From Octopus vulgaris (taxonomy: Eukaryota): 64,000 nt of DNA. This document shows, piece by piece, positions 16,251-30,033 of the stretch. The position numbers and the translations under genes were made by a program. The stretch's first letter is position 1; each line of letters begins with the position of its first letter. Below the pieces are notes generated by a model. The model worked only from the letters and a program-made list of their open reading frames with translations. It searched no databases and was not told the origin of the DNA. Where the stretch lies: contig OX597815.1 of assembly GCA_951406725.2 (NCBI GenBank), forward strand, positions 57,598,001 to 57,662,000, given 5' to 3'.

Positions 16251-16496
16251 GATCACCTTGATCACCTTCAGGCGTCCATTTGACACTGCTGGTCACAGCA
16301 CGCTGTCCACTCCTCTCTGGATCACGCCTTTCTCATCCACGTGATCCTAATCGTCCTCCTGAAATCGTAACTCCACCGTCGTGGAGGTCTTCCGGGTGGT
16401 CTGTTCCGCTCACGTGGGTACCACTCGACAACTGCATGCGTCCACCGATTATCGGTGAGCTGGGCGACGTGTCCAGCTCATCTTTACTGTGGTCAG

Positions 16497-16500
<4 letters not shown>
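16250..16500 (-). mobile_element. 3' fragment of an RTE-1-type LINE
   Basis: Minus frame reads AGHVAQLTDNRWTHAVVEWYPRERNRPPGRPPRRW, a typical RTE C-terminus. Confidence 0.7.
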
Positions 16501-16534
<34 letters not shown>

Positions 16535-16779
16535 AGTAGGTGAATGAATTATCCTAGTATGGATAATTCGGTTAAGTGATACCTGGGTAGCAAATTCACG
16601 TCAGAAAACACGGTTGAAGCTATATGCCAAGGGCAGAAACCCTGTGTTCTTGTGTGGAAATTTGTGTGTTTTTTTATATGAATAAATGAAAGAATGGAGT
16701 CGAACGAAGATTTTAACAAAATTCCTTTACTCTCAGCACATGTTTATAAGACTGCATATTCTTAATTCCGAAGGAATAA

Positions 16780-16851
16780 AGGGTGCACTATGCCGTCTTC
16801 TCATCAGGATAGAGGTTCCTTGTCTTTCCTGATGAGAAGACGGCATAGTGC

Positions 16852-16856
<5 letters not shown>
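16780..16856. repeat. Perfect 30-bp inverted repeat with 17-nt loop, abutting (TA)n
   Basis: AGGGTGCACTATGCCGTCTTCTCATCAGGA ... TCCTGATGAGAAGACGGCATAGTGCACCCT; each arm contains CTGATGAG on one strand. Confidence 0.9.
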
Positions 16857-16928
<72 letters not shown>

Positions 16929-16949
16929 GTATGTATATATATATGTATG

Positions 16950-16982
<33 letters not shown>

Positions 16983-16988
16983 GTATGC

Positions 16989-17590
16989 TGTCTTTTTGTT
17001 CGTCCCTTCGTGTATTTCACGTTATTTATTTATGTAAAGGTTTATTATATATTTTGCAGCGTACGTGCATAATAACTTCTTTATGTTTATCATTTCAAAA
17101 CCCCTGCACGATGTCTTTAAACTATTTTCTTTCCTTCGATTCCTTCTCTCCCTCTCTCTTTCGGTCACTGTCCCCTCTCTCTCTTACCCCTTTCTCTCTC
17201 TTATCCTCTTGCAACTTGCTGCCTCGTTTCCATCGGCCGCTTGTTCAACATGTCTTATCACCGAAAAGGTACTTATTTTTCCATGCTGTTGATATTGTTT
17301 TTGTGTCTCTCTGTTTGTCTCAAAGCCGTAGGGCGCCTGTGTCATCCATGTTTTTAACCGTTACTGTCCCCAAAAAAGATTTTTCGTTTCATGTTCGTCT
17401 CTGTTGCGTTTCATTCTTTCCTTCTGTGGCTGGCTGATTCAGAGCGGATCTCAGAATTAAACAGCGGAAATCTGCGATGAGGGATCAGTTTCTGACTGAA
17501 GAATGAAGGCTTTGAATGACCCGTTTGTCTTTTTGTTCGTCCCTTCGTGTATTTCACATTATTTATTTATGTAAAGGTTTATTATATATA
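16989..17590. mobile_element. ~600 bp non-coding element with ~63 bp terminal direct repeats, between (TA)n tracts
   Basis: TGTCTTTTTGTTCGTCCCTTCGTGTATTTCACRTTATTTATTTATGTAAAGGTTTATTATATAT at ~16989-17052 and ~17526-17589. Confidence 0.6.
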
Positions 17591-17749
17591 TATATATATA
17601 TATATACATATATATAATGTACTGTTCAATGATAGAAAAATCAGCAAAAAGCACTCCATCTGGTGAGAGATAAATATTATCTATTTAATGAATATAATAC
17701 ATGTCTTTAAGTGCTACTAATATCTCAAACATAATCATCAGGCACAAGC

Positions 17750-18525
17750 CAGATATCATAATGAAGTAAAAAAAAATGAATAAGAGAAATGCAAAAAATG
17801 TGAGAAGGCATCATACAGAAAACACGAAGGTTGAAAAGACAGAAACATGGTGTTTCGTTAACTTGACCAACAATGTATAATTAACTCTGTCATCCATGAG
17901 GCAGAAGTTACTGCAAAACTAAATGATAATTCAACAGATAAAATGACCTATATTGGATATGTGAAGGAGATTTTAAAAATCACCAATCTCATAACCTTCT
18001 TATGACATAAGGAAAAAGCAAAGCTACTAAGTTAGCTAGCTGTACATGAGGTTTGAAAGCTAACAAAACGCTACATGTGATCAAGTAGAAAATAATTGAC
18101 AAATCCACATCTTATGATCAAATAAATGTTGGCTATGTTTTAACTGAAAGAGCTCAGATCCTTTTCAGATCTAACATCCCTAGCTCTACTGAACTGTTGG
18201 TTTGAAATTTTCAGTAGTTGCTAACATATCTATAAATATATTTTGAAGAAGTAAAAAAATTCTTCCTATACCTGATTAGCTTGTTGATATCTTTCCAGCC
18301 TTATAATTTACTTCTCACTTTTTACATTTAATTTTTACTTTTCCATTTTTTAACCTTCAGTGTTTTCTGTATGCTTCCTTCTCAGCCTTTTCTTATTTCT
18401 TCTCTTAATCAATTGTTTTTGTTTATTATGACATGTGGTTGTGCCTGATGAATATGTTTGAGATATTTCTCAACATATGAAACTGTTTGTAGCACTTAAA
18501 GATGTATTGTGTCCTTTAAATAAAT

Positions 18526-18530
<5 letters not shown>
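17750..18530 (+). mobile_element. Decayed Penelope-like element (GIY-YIG remnant plus hammerhead)
   Basis: Broken frames give CIINSVIHEAEVTA...TYIG and ATKLASC...KIIDKSTSY...LTERAQILF, colinear with the 259-936 protein. Hammerhead at 18441-18495, then (TA)n. Confidence 0.65.
18441..18495 (+). ncRNA. Type I hammerhead ribozyme motif
   Basis: GUGC-CUGAUGA-AUAUGUUUGAGA-UAUU-UCUCAACAUAU-GAAA-CUGUUUG-UA^GCAC. Helix I GUGC/GCAC, long helix II, intact core. Confidence 0.8.
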
Positions 18531-18616
<86 letters not shown>

Positions 18617-18884
18617 ATGTATGTATATGTATGTATATATGTATACATACATATATATTTTGCATATATATTTTGTACTGTTTTCTAGAATAATTCTTTC
18701 TTGTTTGTACTATTATCTCAAATAATTCTTTCTTGTTCATGGTTGCACCCACCCTTTCCCTCTTCCACCACAAATACTGGAAATCTCATTTCTCTTACAC
18801 CAGATATCCTGTTGCTCTTACCAGAAATCCCCTCTCTCATACTGGTAATCTACTTGTTATATTGGTAATCTCCCCACCTACCTT

Positions 18885-18923
<39 letters not shown>

Positions 18924-19254
18924 ACTAACCCAATCAGATAGCAGCCCACTTACTTACTTAATGTGACATTGTATATTAATACTTATTTTTATTTTTATTC
19001 ATATCTGCTGCACCAGTAATGCTTAAATCTACAATGCTCATAACGCTTATATTTACAATGCCAAAAACACATTCATTTACAATATTTCCTTATCCCCAAC
19101 CCCAGTAGGGGCAACAGTCTTAACAGTTTTGGCATGTTTGAATGATGAAAGGTTAAAAGCAAGAACAACCAATGTGACATGTCTATCAAACGATCACGTT
19201 AACCTTCTTTTCAGGTGCTGAATAACAGCTCTCTTCCTATGTTCCCTCTCACAT

Positions 19255-22161
19255 CCGTTTCCCAGTTTTCAGAGTTGGCACTGTAAATTTAGGCACATTG
19301 AAATGTAGGTCTAGCGAGATTGTAGAGATGCTTAAACAGAGATGTGTTGATGTATGCTGCATACAAGAGGTAAGGTGGAGAGGAGCTTCAGCCAGGGTCC
19401 TCACAGGCAAAGCACATAGGTATAAACTCTTAGAGGGTGACAGAGATGGGGATGTGGCCATACTTCTTGCAGATAAATGGGTGGATAAGGTCATAGAGGT
19501 AGTCAGGGTATTCGATAGCATGCTTAAACTCAGGCTAGTCTTGCAGAATAGTATACCTACAATTATCTCTGCCTACGCTCCACAAGTGGGCCTACCGAAT
19601 GAACAGAAGGACCACTTTTATGATATTCTTCTGCAGCTACCTCAAAGATGAGTGACAATAATCTCATGTTTGTGGCTGGAGAATTTAATGGGCATGTCAG
19701 ATGGTAACCTGGTATCTTCCATGGTGTATAAGGGGGATATGGAATTGGTTCCCTAAATGAAGAGAGAACTAGACTCCTGGAGTTCTGTGATGCAAATAAC
19801 CTATTAATCTGCAACACCAACTTCAGGAAGCTAGTCTGTCAGCTGATAACCTATCAATCAGGTGACTCTGCTAGCCAGATTGATTTCATCCTCACTAGAG
19901 AGTGGGATGCATTGTTGCTCTTAAATACAAAGACCCTCCCTGGTCTTTAGACTCGAGGCCAGAAGGATGCCAAGAAGCAGCTGAAAATCCTTGCAAGACA
20001 GCTTGCTGAGCACCACACATCTCTGGCTGGTGCAAAGTCCCTTCCAGACCTAGGGTAATGTGGTGGTGGAACAATACCATAAACAGGGCCATTAGAGCAA
20101 AGAAACAGGTCTGGAAGATTGGGGTATCAGGGAACTGTATCAAATAGCCAGAAGGAAAGCTAAGAAACAGGTATATATAACCAAGGGAAAAGCAGAAAAG
20201 AAATTTTCTAGTCTAAGGACCAAAGAACTAAAGTATTTTGGATTGCAAGACAATGTATGAGAGAATATTGTGATGTCATAGGAGAGAATGGATGATGGTG
20301 CACTTGCTTTTAATGATTCTGCAAAGAAGCTTAGAGATGCCATTATAAAAGACTGCTGAGCATGGAGAATGAATGGGAGGAGGAGAATCTGCCAAACATT
20401 GACCAATTGAGGGACCAACTACCTGAATTGACAGTGCTCTCGTAGATAAAGTAATTAAGGATATGAAGACAGGGAAAGCCCCTTCCTTCCCAGCTCATCA
20501 GGAATCACCACTGAGATGCTTAAAATATCTGGCGGTGTGCGTTATGGTCTAGTCATCTGTAAAGTAAATCAGGTATTTCATGAAGGAGTCATACCAATAA
20601 CTGGTGTAGCAGCACCACAGTCAACAAGGTAAAGGGGATGCTTTAAGTAGAAATAACTACAGGGATATCAAATTGCTGGATCAGATGATGGGAGTTATGG
20701 AGAGCATTATAGCCCCACTAATTAGGGAGAGAGTTAACCTAGATGAGATCCAGTTTGGTTTTGTGCCAGGTAGAAGTACCACTGATGCTATATTTCTGGT
20801 AAGAGAAAAGCAGGAGAAATTCCTAACCAAAGATAAATCTCTGTACTTGGCTTATGTTCACTTGGAGAAAGCCTTTGGCAGGGTCCCCCAACCCCTTAAT
20901 CTAGTGGTCAGTGCAGAATCTAGGGATAGACAAGTGGTTGGTAAGAGCTGTACAAGCCTTGCACAGGGATGCTGTGAGTAAGGTGACGGTTGGCAATCAG
21001 TATAGTGAAGAATTCCGTGTAGAAGTAGGGGTTCACCAAGGATCAGTCCTCAACCCCCTCTTATTCATCACAGTCCTCCAGGCAATAACAGAGGAATTCA
21101 AGACAGGATGCCCCTAGGAGCTCCACTATGCTGATGACCTTGCTCTAATAGCTGAATCACTACCAGAACTAGAGCTGAAGTATCAGGTGTGGAAGCAAGA
21201 TTTAGAATTGAAGGGCCTTAGAATCAACCTAGAGAAAACCAAAGATCTTAGTAAGTAGGAAGGCAGACAAATCACAAATCACTTCAGATAGATGGCCCTG
21301 CTCGATGTGTAGAAAAGGCATAGGTAGAAACTCCATAAGATGTACCTGGTATAAGCTATGGACACATAAAAGGTGCAGCAATATCAAAGGAAGATTAACC
21401 GGGAAGATAGTTTTTATGTGTGGCAGATGCACAGGGGCAATAAACACCGAAGATGTACAGAAGACAAGATTCCATCACATGTCAGGGGAAAAACTAGAAG
21501 TAGCTGATAGCTTCTGTTACCTAGGCAACCAAGTCTGTAGTGGGGATGGATGCTGTGAGAGTGTAGTGGTTAGAATAAGAATAACCCGGGCAAAGTTCAG
21601 AAAGCTCCAACCTCTGCTGGCAACCAAGAGCCTCTCACTCAGAATGAAAGGTAGACTTTATGATGCATGTGTGCGAACTGCCATGCTACACAGCAGTGAA
21701 ATATGGACCATGACTGCTGAGGACATGTGTAGGCTTGAAAAAAATGAAGCTAGTATGATTCGCTGGATGTGTAATGGCAGTGTGCACACACAACAGAGTG
21801 TAAGCACCCTGAGATGCTAGTGCTGCCTGATTGGCTTCCCATGCTGGTGGCACATAAAAAGCATCATGTGAACATGATTGATGCCAGTGCCCCCAACTGG
21901 CTCCTGTGCCGGTGGCATGTAAAAAGCATCATCCAAACGCAGTCAATACCAGAACCCCCAGACTGGCTCCTGTGCTGGTGGCATGTAAAAAGCACCCACT
22001 TTACTCTTGGAGTGGTTGGCATTAGGAAAGGCATCCAGCTGTAGAAACCTTGCCAGATCAGATTGTAGCCTGGTGCAGCCTACTGGCTTACCAGTCCTCA
22101 GTCAAACCGTCCAACCCATGCCAGCATGGAAAGAGGACATTAAACAATGATGATGATGATG
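19255..22161 (+). mobile_element. Near full-length but decayed RTE LINE (family A): APE, RT, PHD-like insert, 3' UTR with (GAT)n tail
   Basis: RVGTVNLGTL, VCCIQEVRW, ISAYAPQVG (APE); QFGFVPGRSTTDAIF, GVHQGSVL (RT); many stops and frameshifts. Confidence 0.88.
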
Positions 22162-22728
22162 TATATATGTATGTGTATATATGTGTGTGTGTGTATGTGT
22201 GTGTGTTGCTGCAGAGGAGATGTTATCCAGTCAGAGGGAGAGAGAATGTGAAAGTGAGCAAGAGGATGAGAGTGCAAGAGAGAGGGAATGTGAGATGGTG
22301 GTGAAGTGCCAGGGTATACCCTCGATGTACAGGGATCAGAATATAAATGGGATGGTAGAGTATTGACATAGGTGCATGAATTGTGTGTAGGGAATTCACA
22401 TGAATGCAACAAGTTTGGGGTGGGGACTGCTGTGACTAGTGAAATGTGTGTTTACATGCTCCCCCCTCTCAAAGGATCTTAGTCCTGCAAGTTACTTGAT
22501 GACCCTGCCAGTGTTGGTGCATCCAGTTCACACTGGTTAGTGTTTGGAAGGGTATCCAGCTGTAAGAGCCATACCAAAACAGGCCTTTCCAGTGGTGGTG
22601 CCATGTAAAAAGCACTCTGTCCACTCTGTAAGGTGGCTGGTGTTAGGAAAGGTATCCAGCTGTAAATATATATATACCTGTATATTACTAAGTATTTCTC
22701 TGTCTTTACATTTTATTTTTTTACTTTA

Positions 22729-23145
22729 GGCGCAGGAGTGGCTGTGTGGTAAGTAGCTTGTTTACCAACCACATGGTTCGGGGTTCAGTCCCACTGCGTG
22801 GCACCTTGGGCAAGTGTCTTCTACTATAGCCTCGGGCCAACCAAAGCCTTGTGAGTGGATTTGGTTGACAGAAACTGAAAGAAGCCTGTCGTATATATGT
22901 ATATATATATATATATATATATGCGTGTGTGTGTTTGTGTGTCTATGTTTGTCCCCCTAGCATTGCTTGACAACCGATGCTGGTGTGTTTATGTCCCCGT
23001 TACTTAGCGGTTCGACAAAAGAGACCGATAGAATAAGTACTGGGCTTACAAAAGAATAAGTTCCAGGTTCGAGTTGCTCGATTAAAGGCGGTGCTCCAGC
23101 ATGGCCGCAGTCAAATGACTGAAACAAGTAAAAGAGTAAAAGAGT
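22729..23145 (+). mobile_element. tRNA-derived SINE with internal (TA)/(TG) microsatellite and CR1-derived 3' tail
   Basis: Head GGCGCAGGAGTGGCTGTGTGGTAAG...GGTTCAGTCCC (A/B-box-like). Tail GGCGGTGCTCCAGCATGGCCGCAG...CTGAAACAAGTAAAAGAGTAAAAGAG matches the CR1 end at ~9322-9390. Confidence 0.85.
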
Positions 23146-24220
23146 AGCCATTCCTATAGTTTAGAATTCTCCAGATCACTCTTTAATTAAATTAAACTCT
23201 AAATTATTGATTTCTTCTTCAAATTTCAGATCAATACTGTCCCCTTTAGAGTTCTCCCTCCTTTTCTCTTTCTTTGTCTCTTTCTGTTCCTCTTTGCATC
23301 TGTATTTCCTTGCCTACACACTCCAGGGTCACAAGGTAGGTCTGCTAGCTGGGAAGTAATTTATGTTACCCTACCACTGACTACTCTACTCCCCCACCAC
23401 AAGCATCATAAATATCCTTATTTGATTCGGTGTGGGGACCCATATCCACACTTTTAATTTTTTTTTTTATTTCCTCCTGATATTAGCCAAACAACAAGGT
23501 CTGAAAGACACACAATGTAACAAACACACTTTTGATGTTAGTCTGATGAAATGCCTCTCTTGTGTCTAAAACTGCAAATGTCATGTGAATTTTCATTTAG
23601 AATTTTTGCATAAACTGTCATTGCAAATAGAGCTGGTACAGAAACAATTATAATGAATCATTAAAGATGTATTAAAGAATTTTCTTTGTCTTGTTTTTTC
23701 ATGGATTATTACTCTTTGCTAAACCCATTTTATGATATAATCATTGTGAAACTTGAATTTTCTACACCTGAGGAATTCTGGCTTTGGACTGGAACTCTAC
23801 AGCGTTGATAGCCTAGTATTCAGGTCAAGTACTTCTCTGGAAATACCCTAACTTTACACCCTACCTGAACTCCTATGTTTGTATGTATGTGTGTGTGTAT
23901 ATATATATATGAGAATTTTATGGAAAGGTATTCCATAGAACTCAACAAATTTGCTAAAATTGGAGAAGAGATGTTGAAATTTGAAAGAATTTCAACATCT
24001 TCTCTTCTCCATTTTTTACAAATCTGTTGAGTTCTATGGAACATGTTTCCATAAGATTCTCATAACACACCATATACAATATTTTCATATTCACAAAAAC
24101 TTACATCAGTAAGCTACCAGCAAAATATGAAGAATCTTTGTTAGAAATCACCTTTTTGGAACCCTCCAAAGTAAAAGATGAAATATAATTCAACCTCCCC
24201 GCCCATATATATATATATAT

Positions 24221-24596
24221 ACTCTTTTACTCTTTTACTTGTTTCAGTCATTTGACTGCGACCATGCTGGAGCACCGCCTATAATCGAGCAACTCGATAC
24301 CGGGACTTATTCTTTTGTAAGCCCAGTACTTATTCTATCAGTCTCTTTTGCCGAACCGCTAAGTAACGGGGACATAAACACACCAGCATCGGTTGTCAAG
24401 CAATGCTAGGGTGACAAACACAGACACACGCATATATATATACATATATATGACGGGCTTCTTTCAGTTTCCATCTACCAAATCCACTCACAAGGCTTTA
24501 GTAGAAGAGACTTGCCCAAGGTGCCACGCAGTGAGACTGAACCTGGAACCATGTGGTTGGTAAGCAAGCTACTTACCACACAGCCACTCCTGCACC
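24221..24596 (-). mobile_element. Same SINE family, inverted copy
   Basis: Reverse complement of 22729-23145 with small indels. Confidence 0.85.
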
Positions 24597-24850
24597 TATA
24601 TATGTATATATATATATATATATGTGTTGAGTTTGATCTGAGAACATAATCTTTTGTGGAGAATGACGATTTGACGTCTATATCTAGCATGTTGACTGTC
24701 CACTTTTCGTGTTCAGTCCTTAATTGGTATATATAAATATTTTAATCTTCGGATTCTTTTTTAATATGCTAGACCACTGGTCTTAATTGATAAATATCAA
24801 TTTCTACCCTTAATTAATTTTATATATATATACATATATGTATGCATATA

Positions 24851-26765
24851 TATTCCTAGTAAGGCAGCTGCAGGAGAAATACCTAGCCAAAGATAAGCCC
24901 CTGTACCTGGCTTTTGTTGACATGGAGAAAGCCTTCGACAGGGTCCCCCGATCCCTTATCTGGTGGTCAATGAGGAAACTAGGGATAGATGAATGGTTAG
25001 TGAGAGCTGTGCGGGCCATGTATAGGGACGCTGCTAGTAAGGTAAGGGTTGGCAAAGAGTACAGTGAAGAATTCCGGGTAGAGGTAGGGGTCCACCAAGG
25101 CTCAGTCCTCAGCCCCCTCCTATTTATCATAGTCCTCCAGGCAATAACGGAGGAATTCAAGACAGGATGCCCTTGGGAGCTCCTCTATGCTGATGACCTT
25201 GCTCTAATTGCTGAGTCGCTATCAGAACTGGAGGAGAAGTTTCAGGTGTGGAAACAAGGATTAGAATCGAAGGGCCTCAGAGTCAATCTAGCTAAAACCA
25301 AAGTCGTAATCAGTAGGAAGGCAGACAAATCACAAACGCCTTCAGGTAGATGGCCCTGCTCGATCTGTAGAAAAGGTGTAGGTAGAAACTCTATAAGATG
25401 CACCAAGTGTAAGCTATGGACACATAAGAGGTGCAGCAATGTCAAAGGAAGGCTAACTAGGAAGATGGTTTTTGTATGTGGCAGATGCTCAGGAACAATA
25501 AACACTGAAAATGCTCTGAGACCAACTTCCGTCACTTTCCAGGGAGAAAAACTAGAAATAGTTGATAGTTTCCGTTACCTAGGTGACCAAGTCAGCAGCG
25601 GGGGCTGGTGTGCTGAAAGTGTAACTGCTAGAGTAAGAATAGCTTCGGCAAAGTTCAGAGAGCTCTTACTTCTGCTGGTGACAAAAGGCCTCTCGCACAG
25701 AGTGAAAGGCAGACTGTATGATGCGTGTGTACGAACAGCCATGCTACATGGCAGTGAAACATGGGCCGTGACTGCTGAGGATATGCGTAAGCTCGCAAGA
25801 AATGAAGCCAGTATGCTCCGATGGATGTGTAATGTCAGTACTCATACTCGACAGAGTGTAAGTACCTTGTGAGAAAAGCTGGACCTAAGAAGCATCAGTT
25901 GTGGTGTGCAAGAGAGATGTTTGCGCTGGTATGGTCATGTGGCGAGAATGGATGAACATAGTTGTGTGAAAAAGTGCCACACCCTGGCGGGTGAGGGAAC
26001 CTGCGGAAGAGGCAGACCCAGGAAAACCTGGGACGAGGTGGTGAAGCACGACCTTCGAACTTTATGTCTCACTGAGGAAATGACTAGAGACCGAGACCTC
26101 TGGAAGTGTGCTGTGCGCAAGAAGACCCAGCAGGACAAGTGAGTTCATAACCCGTGGCCTTCTACATGGGATGGAGCCAGCCTACGTATGCATACCTTCC
26201 CTTCTTGGGACACAAAACTCTACTTGTGAAGACCTGTTGAGGCAAGTGAGGATCAGAATCGAAATCGATCAATGGAAATTGCAGATGTGTTACCAGTGCC
26301 GGTGGCATGTCGAAACTCTACTTGGGAAGACCTGTTGAGGCAAGTGAGGATCAGAATCGAAATCGATCAATGGAAATTGCAGATGTGTTACCAGTGCCGG
26401 TGGCATGTAAGAGAGCCTTCCGTTTCGCGACCGTTGCCAGCGCTGCCCCGACTGGCCTCGTGCCGGTGGCACGTAAAAAGCACCATCTGTTCGTGTCTGT
26501 TGCCAGCCTCGCCTGGCCCTCGTGCCGGTGGCACATAAAAAGCACCATCTGTTCGTGGCCGTTTGCCAGCTCTGTCTGGCACCTGTGTGGGTGGCACATA
26601 AAAAGCACCCACTACACTCACGGAGTGGTTGGCGTTAGGAAGGGCATCCAGCCATAGAAACACTGCCAGATTTGACTGGGCCTGATGAAGCCTTCTGGCT
26701 TCACAGACCCCAGTAGAACCGTCCAACCCATGCTAGCATGGAAAACGGACGCTAAACGATGATGA

Positions 26766-26768
<3 letters not shown>
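24851..26768 (+). mobile_element. 5'-truncated, young RTE LINE (family A): RT with PHD-like insert, C-terminus, structured 3' UTR, (GAT)n tail
   Basis: ORF 24838..25872: FVDMEKAFDRV, GVHQGSVLSPLLF, LLYADDL, FRYLGDQ. After one TGA the frame continues with LRWYGHVARM...GRGRPRKTW. A 98-bp tandem duplication lies at 26215/26313. Confidence 0.93.
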
Positions 26769-26797
<29 letters not shown>

Positions 26798-26804
<7 letters not shown>

Positions 26805-27882
26805 TTAGAGACAAAACCACTATTTTGCAAAACAAACAAGGAAAGACTTAATCAATACATAAAATTTTAATAAAAAGTAAAAAAAAAACGCCACTACAGT
26901 TGTTTCTTGTCCTGATCGACAATCTTCAATATCCAATCTAAAATATCAATATTTTAAAATATAAAAATAATAATTTTAAAATAATTAAAGTATTAATGAA
27001 AAAATATAAATATATAATCTATATATAACCTATATATAATCCATATATAATCAATATATAAACAATATATAAACTAAAATAAACCTATCAACAATTAAAT
27101 ATAAAACAAAACAAAAAATAAACCATATATACACCCATACACATATAACTAATTATATATAACCATATCTAAATACATACACTAAATCACACACCTATAT
27201 ATATATCCCTATACATACACATAAAAACGTCTAGGCAACGATAAATAAATAAAATAGCCAAATACTTCAACACAATACTTATTCATACTCCCTCACACAC
27301 ACATACAACCCACATTCCCGCTCTAAACGAACATCATTTAAAATTATGAATGGAGAAATGGAATAAATGGAATTAAAAATTATATTCACTTGGTAAAACG
27401 AACATTACTTAAAAATTATGAATGAAATAATGTAATAAAATAACAAACATCGTAAATAGACAAATTACTACGAATTCTTTAATAAAACTACCATGATAAA
27501 TTAAAACTCATAAGAACATATAATGATAAAATCTCCCTTTGCTAAACTCTATAACAAACCTATATAGCAATCCCCCTAACCTATTTTAATTATTTTAAAA
27601 TTATTATTTTTATATTTTTAAATTATTATTTTTATATTTTAAAATATTGATATTTTAGATTGGAAGTCCACCTGAAGATTGTCGATCAGGACAAGAAACA
27701 ATTGTAGTGGCGGTTTTTTTGACTTTTTATTAAAATTTTATGTATTGATTAAGTCTTTCCTTGTTTGTTTTGCAAAATAGTGGTTTTGTCTCTAATAATA
27801 TTATATAATATTTTATTATAAAATTGGATTTAATCCTAAATCTGATTTTTTCCCTGTAAATTTGGATTTATTCCCTAATATT

Positions 27883-27890
<8 letters not shown>
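26798..27890 (+). mobile_element. PLE terminal-repeat element with ~190 bp inverted repeats (26798-26990 / 27585-27805)
   Basis: ATTATTAGAGACAAAACCACTATTTTGCAAAAC... versus ...GTTTTGCAAAATAGTGGTTTTGTCTCTAATAAT; a hammerhead lies in the repeat; flanked by (TA)n. Confidence 0.75.
27668..27710 (+). ncRNA. Minimal type I hammerhead ribozyme motif
   Basis: CCAC-CUGAAGA-UUGUC-GAUCAG-GACAA-GAAA-CAAUUG-UA^GUGG. All helices pair; helix III ACAAUUGU is palindromic. A damaged inverted copy lies at 26891-26928. Confidence 0.85.
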
Positions 27891-27921
<31 letters not shown>

Positions 27922-28081
27922 TATATATGCATATATGGGTACAGGACATCATCAACAGTAAACAACATTAAATATGAAAACAAATGGAAAACAGGACAAG
28001 TAACATAAATAAAGACCCTTCATCAGTTGTCAGCTGTCTATCTACTCCTCATTTCGAGGAGTATATATATATATATATATA

Positions 28082-29574
<1,493 letters not shown>

Positions 29575-29896
29575 ATTCTTGCTTATGGCAAAAGGTGTAA
29601 AGAACACCCTATCTGCTGTCATACCGTGGTATTCAGGCTTCCTGACAGGAGTAAAGCTGAGTGATAAAGGTGATGGTGGAAGAAAAGAGAGAGAGAGATG
29701 AGAGGGCAGCAGTGAATGGAAACTTAAAAAGAATATAATGAATGAATGATTCAATGCAGGTACAATATACATTTTAATATACGTTATTTTAATGTCTCTG
29801 TTTTGCCAGACTTTACACAGGTGAGTGGGTTTTCTTCAGAGAAAATAAAACACTATAAAATATCTGATAGTGTTGTTTTTCTTTGTTTTCCTACAG

Positions 29897-30033
29897 GTTG
29901 AATTAGATGGTAAAAAAATCAATCTCCCCAAATTGGAAGGCCTTGTTGTTTTAAATATCAGTAGTTGGGCTGGAGGTTGTCGGGTCTGGGAAATCAAAGC
30001 AGATGAAGAAGAAGATGAATACATACCTGCCAG
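29897..30033 (+). CDS. DGKE: Diacylglycerol kinase epsilon-like, internal exon (accessory domain)
   Basis: ctttgttttcctacAG acceptor, GTGAGT donor; VELDGKKINLPKLEGLVVLNISSWAGGCRVWEIKADEEEDEYIPA. 137 nt, ends in phase 2. Resembles DGKE LELDG..LP.LEG..VLNI..W.GGCRLW. Confidence 0.9.

Noticed and set aside
23538-23658. CUGAUGA...GAAACAAUUAUA with a long spacer
   Set aside because: Helix I does not pair convincingly; at best a very old remnant.
26215-26609. Regularly spaced repeats resembling a CRISPR array
   Set aside because: Eukaryotic LINE 3' UTR; the spacers are related to each other and no cas genes are present.
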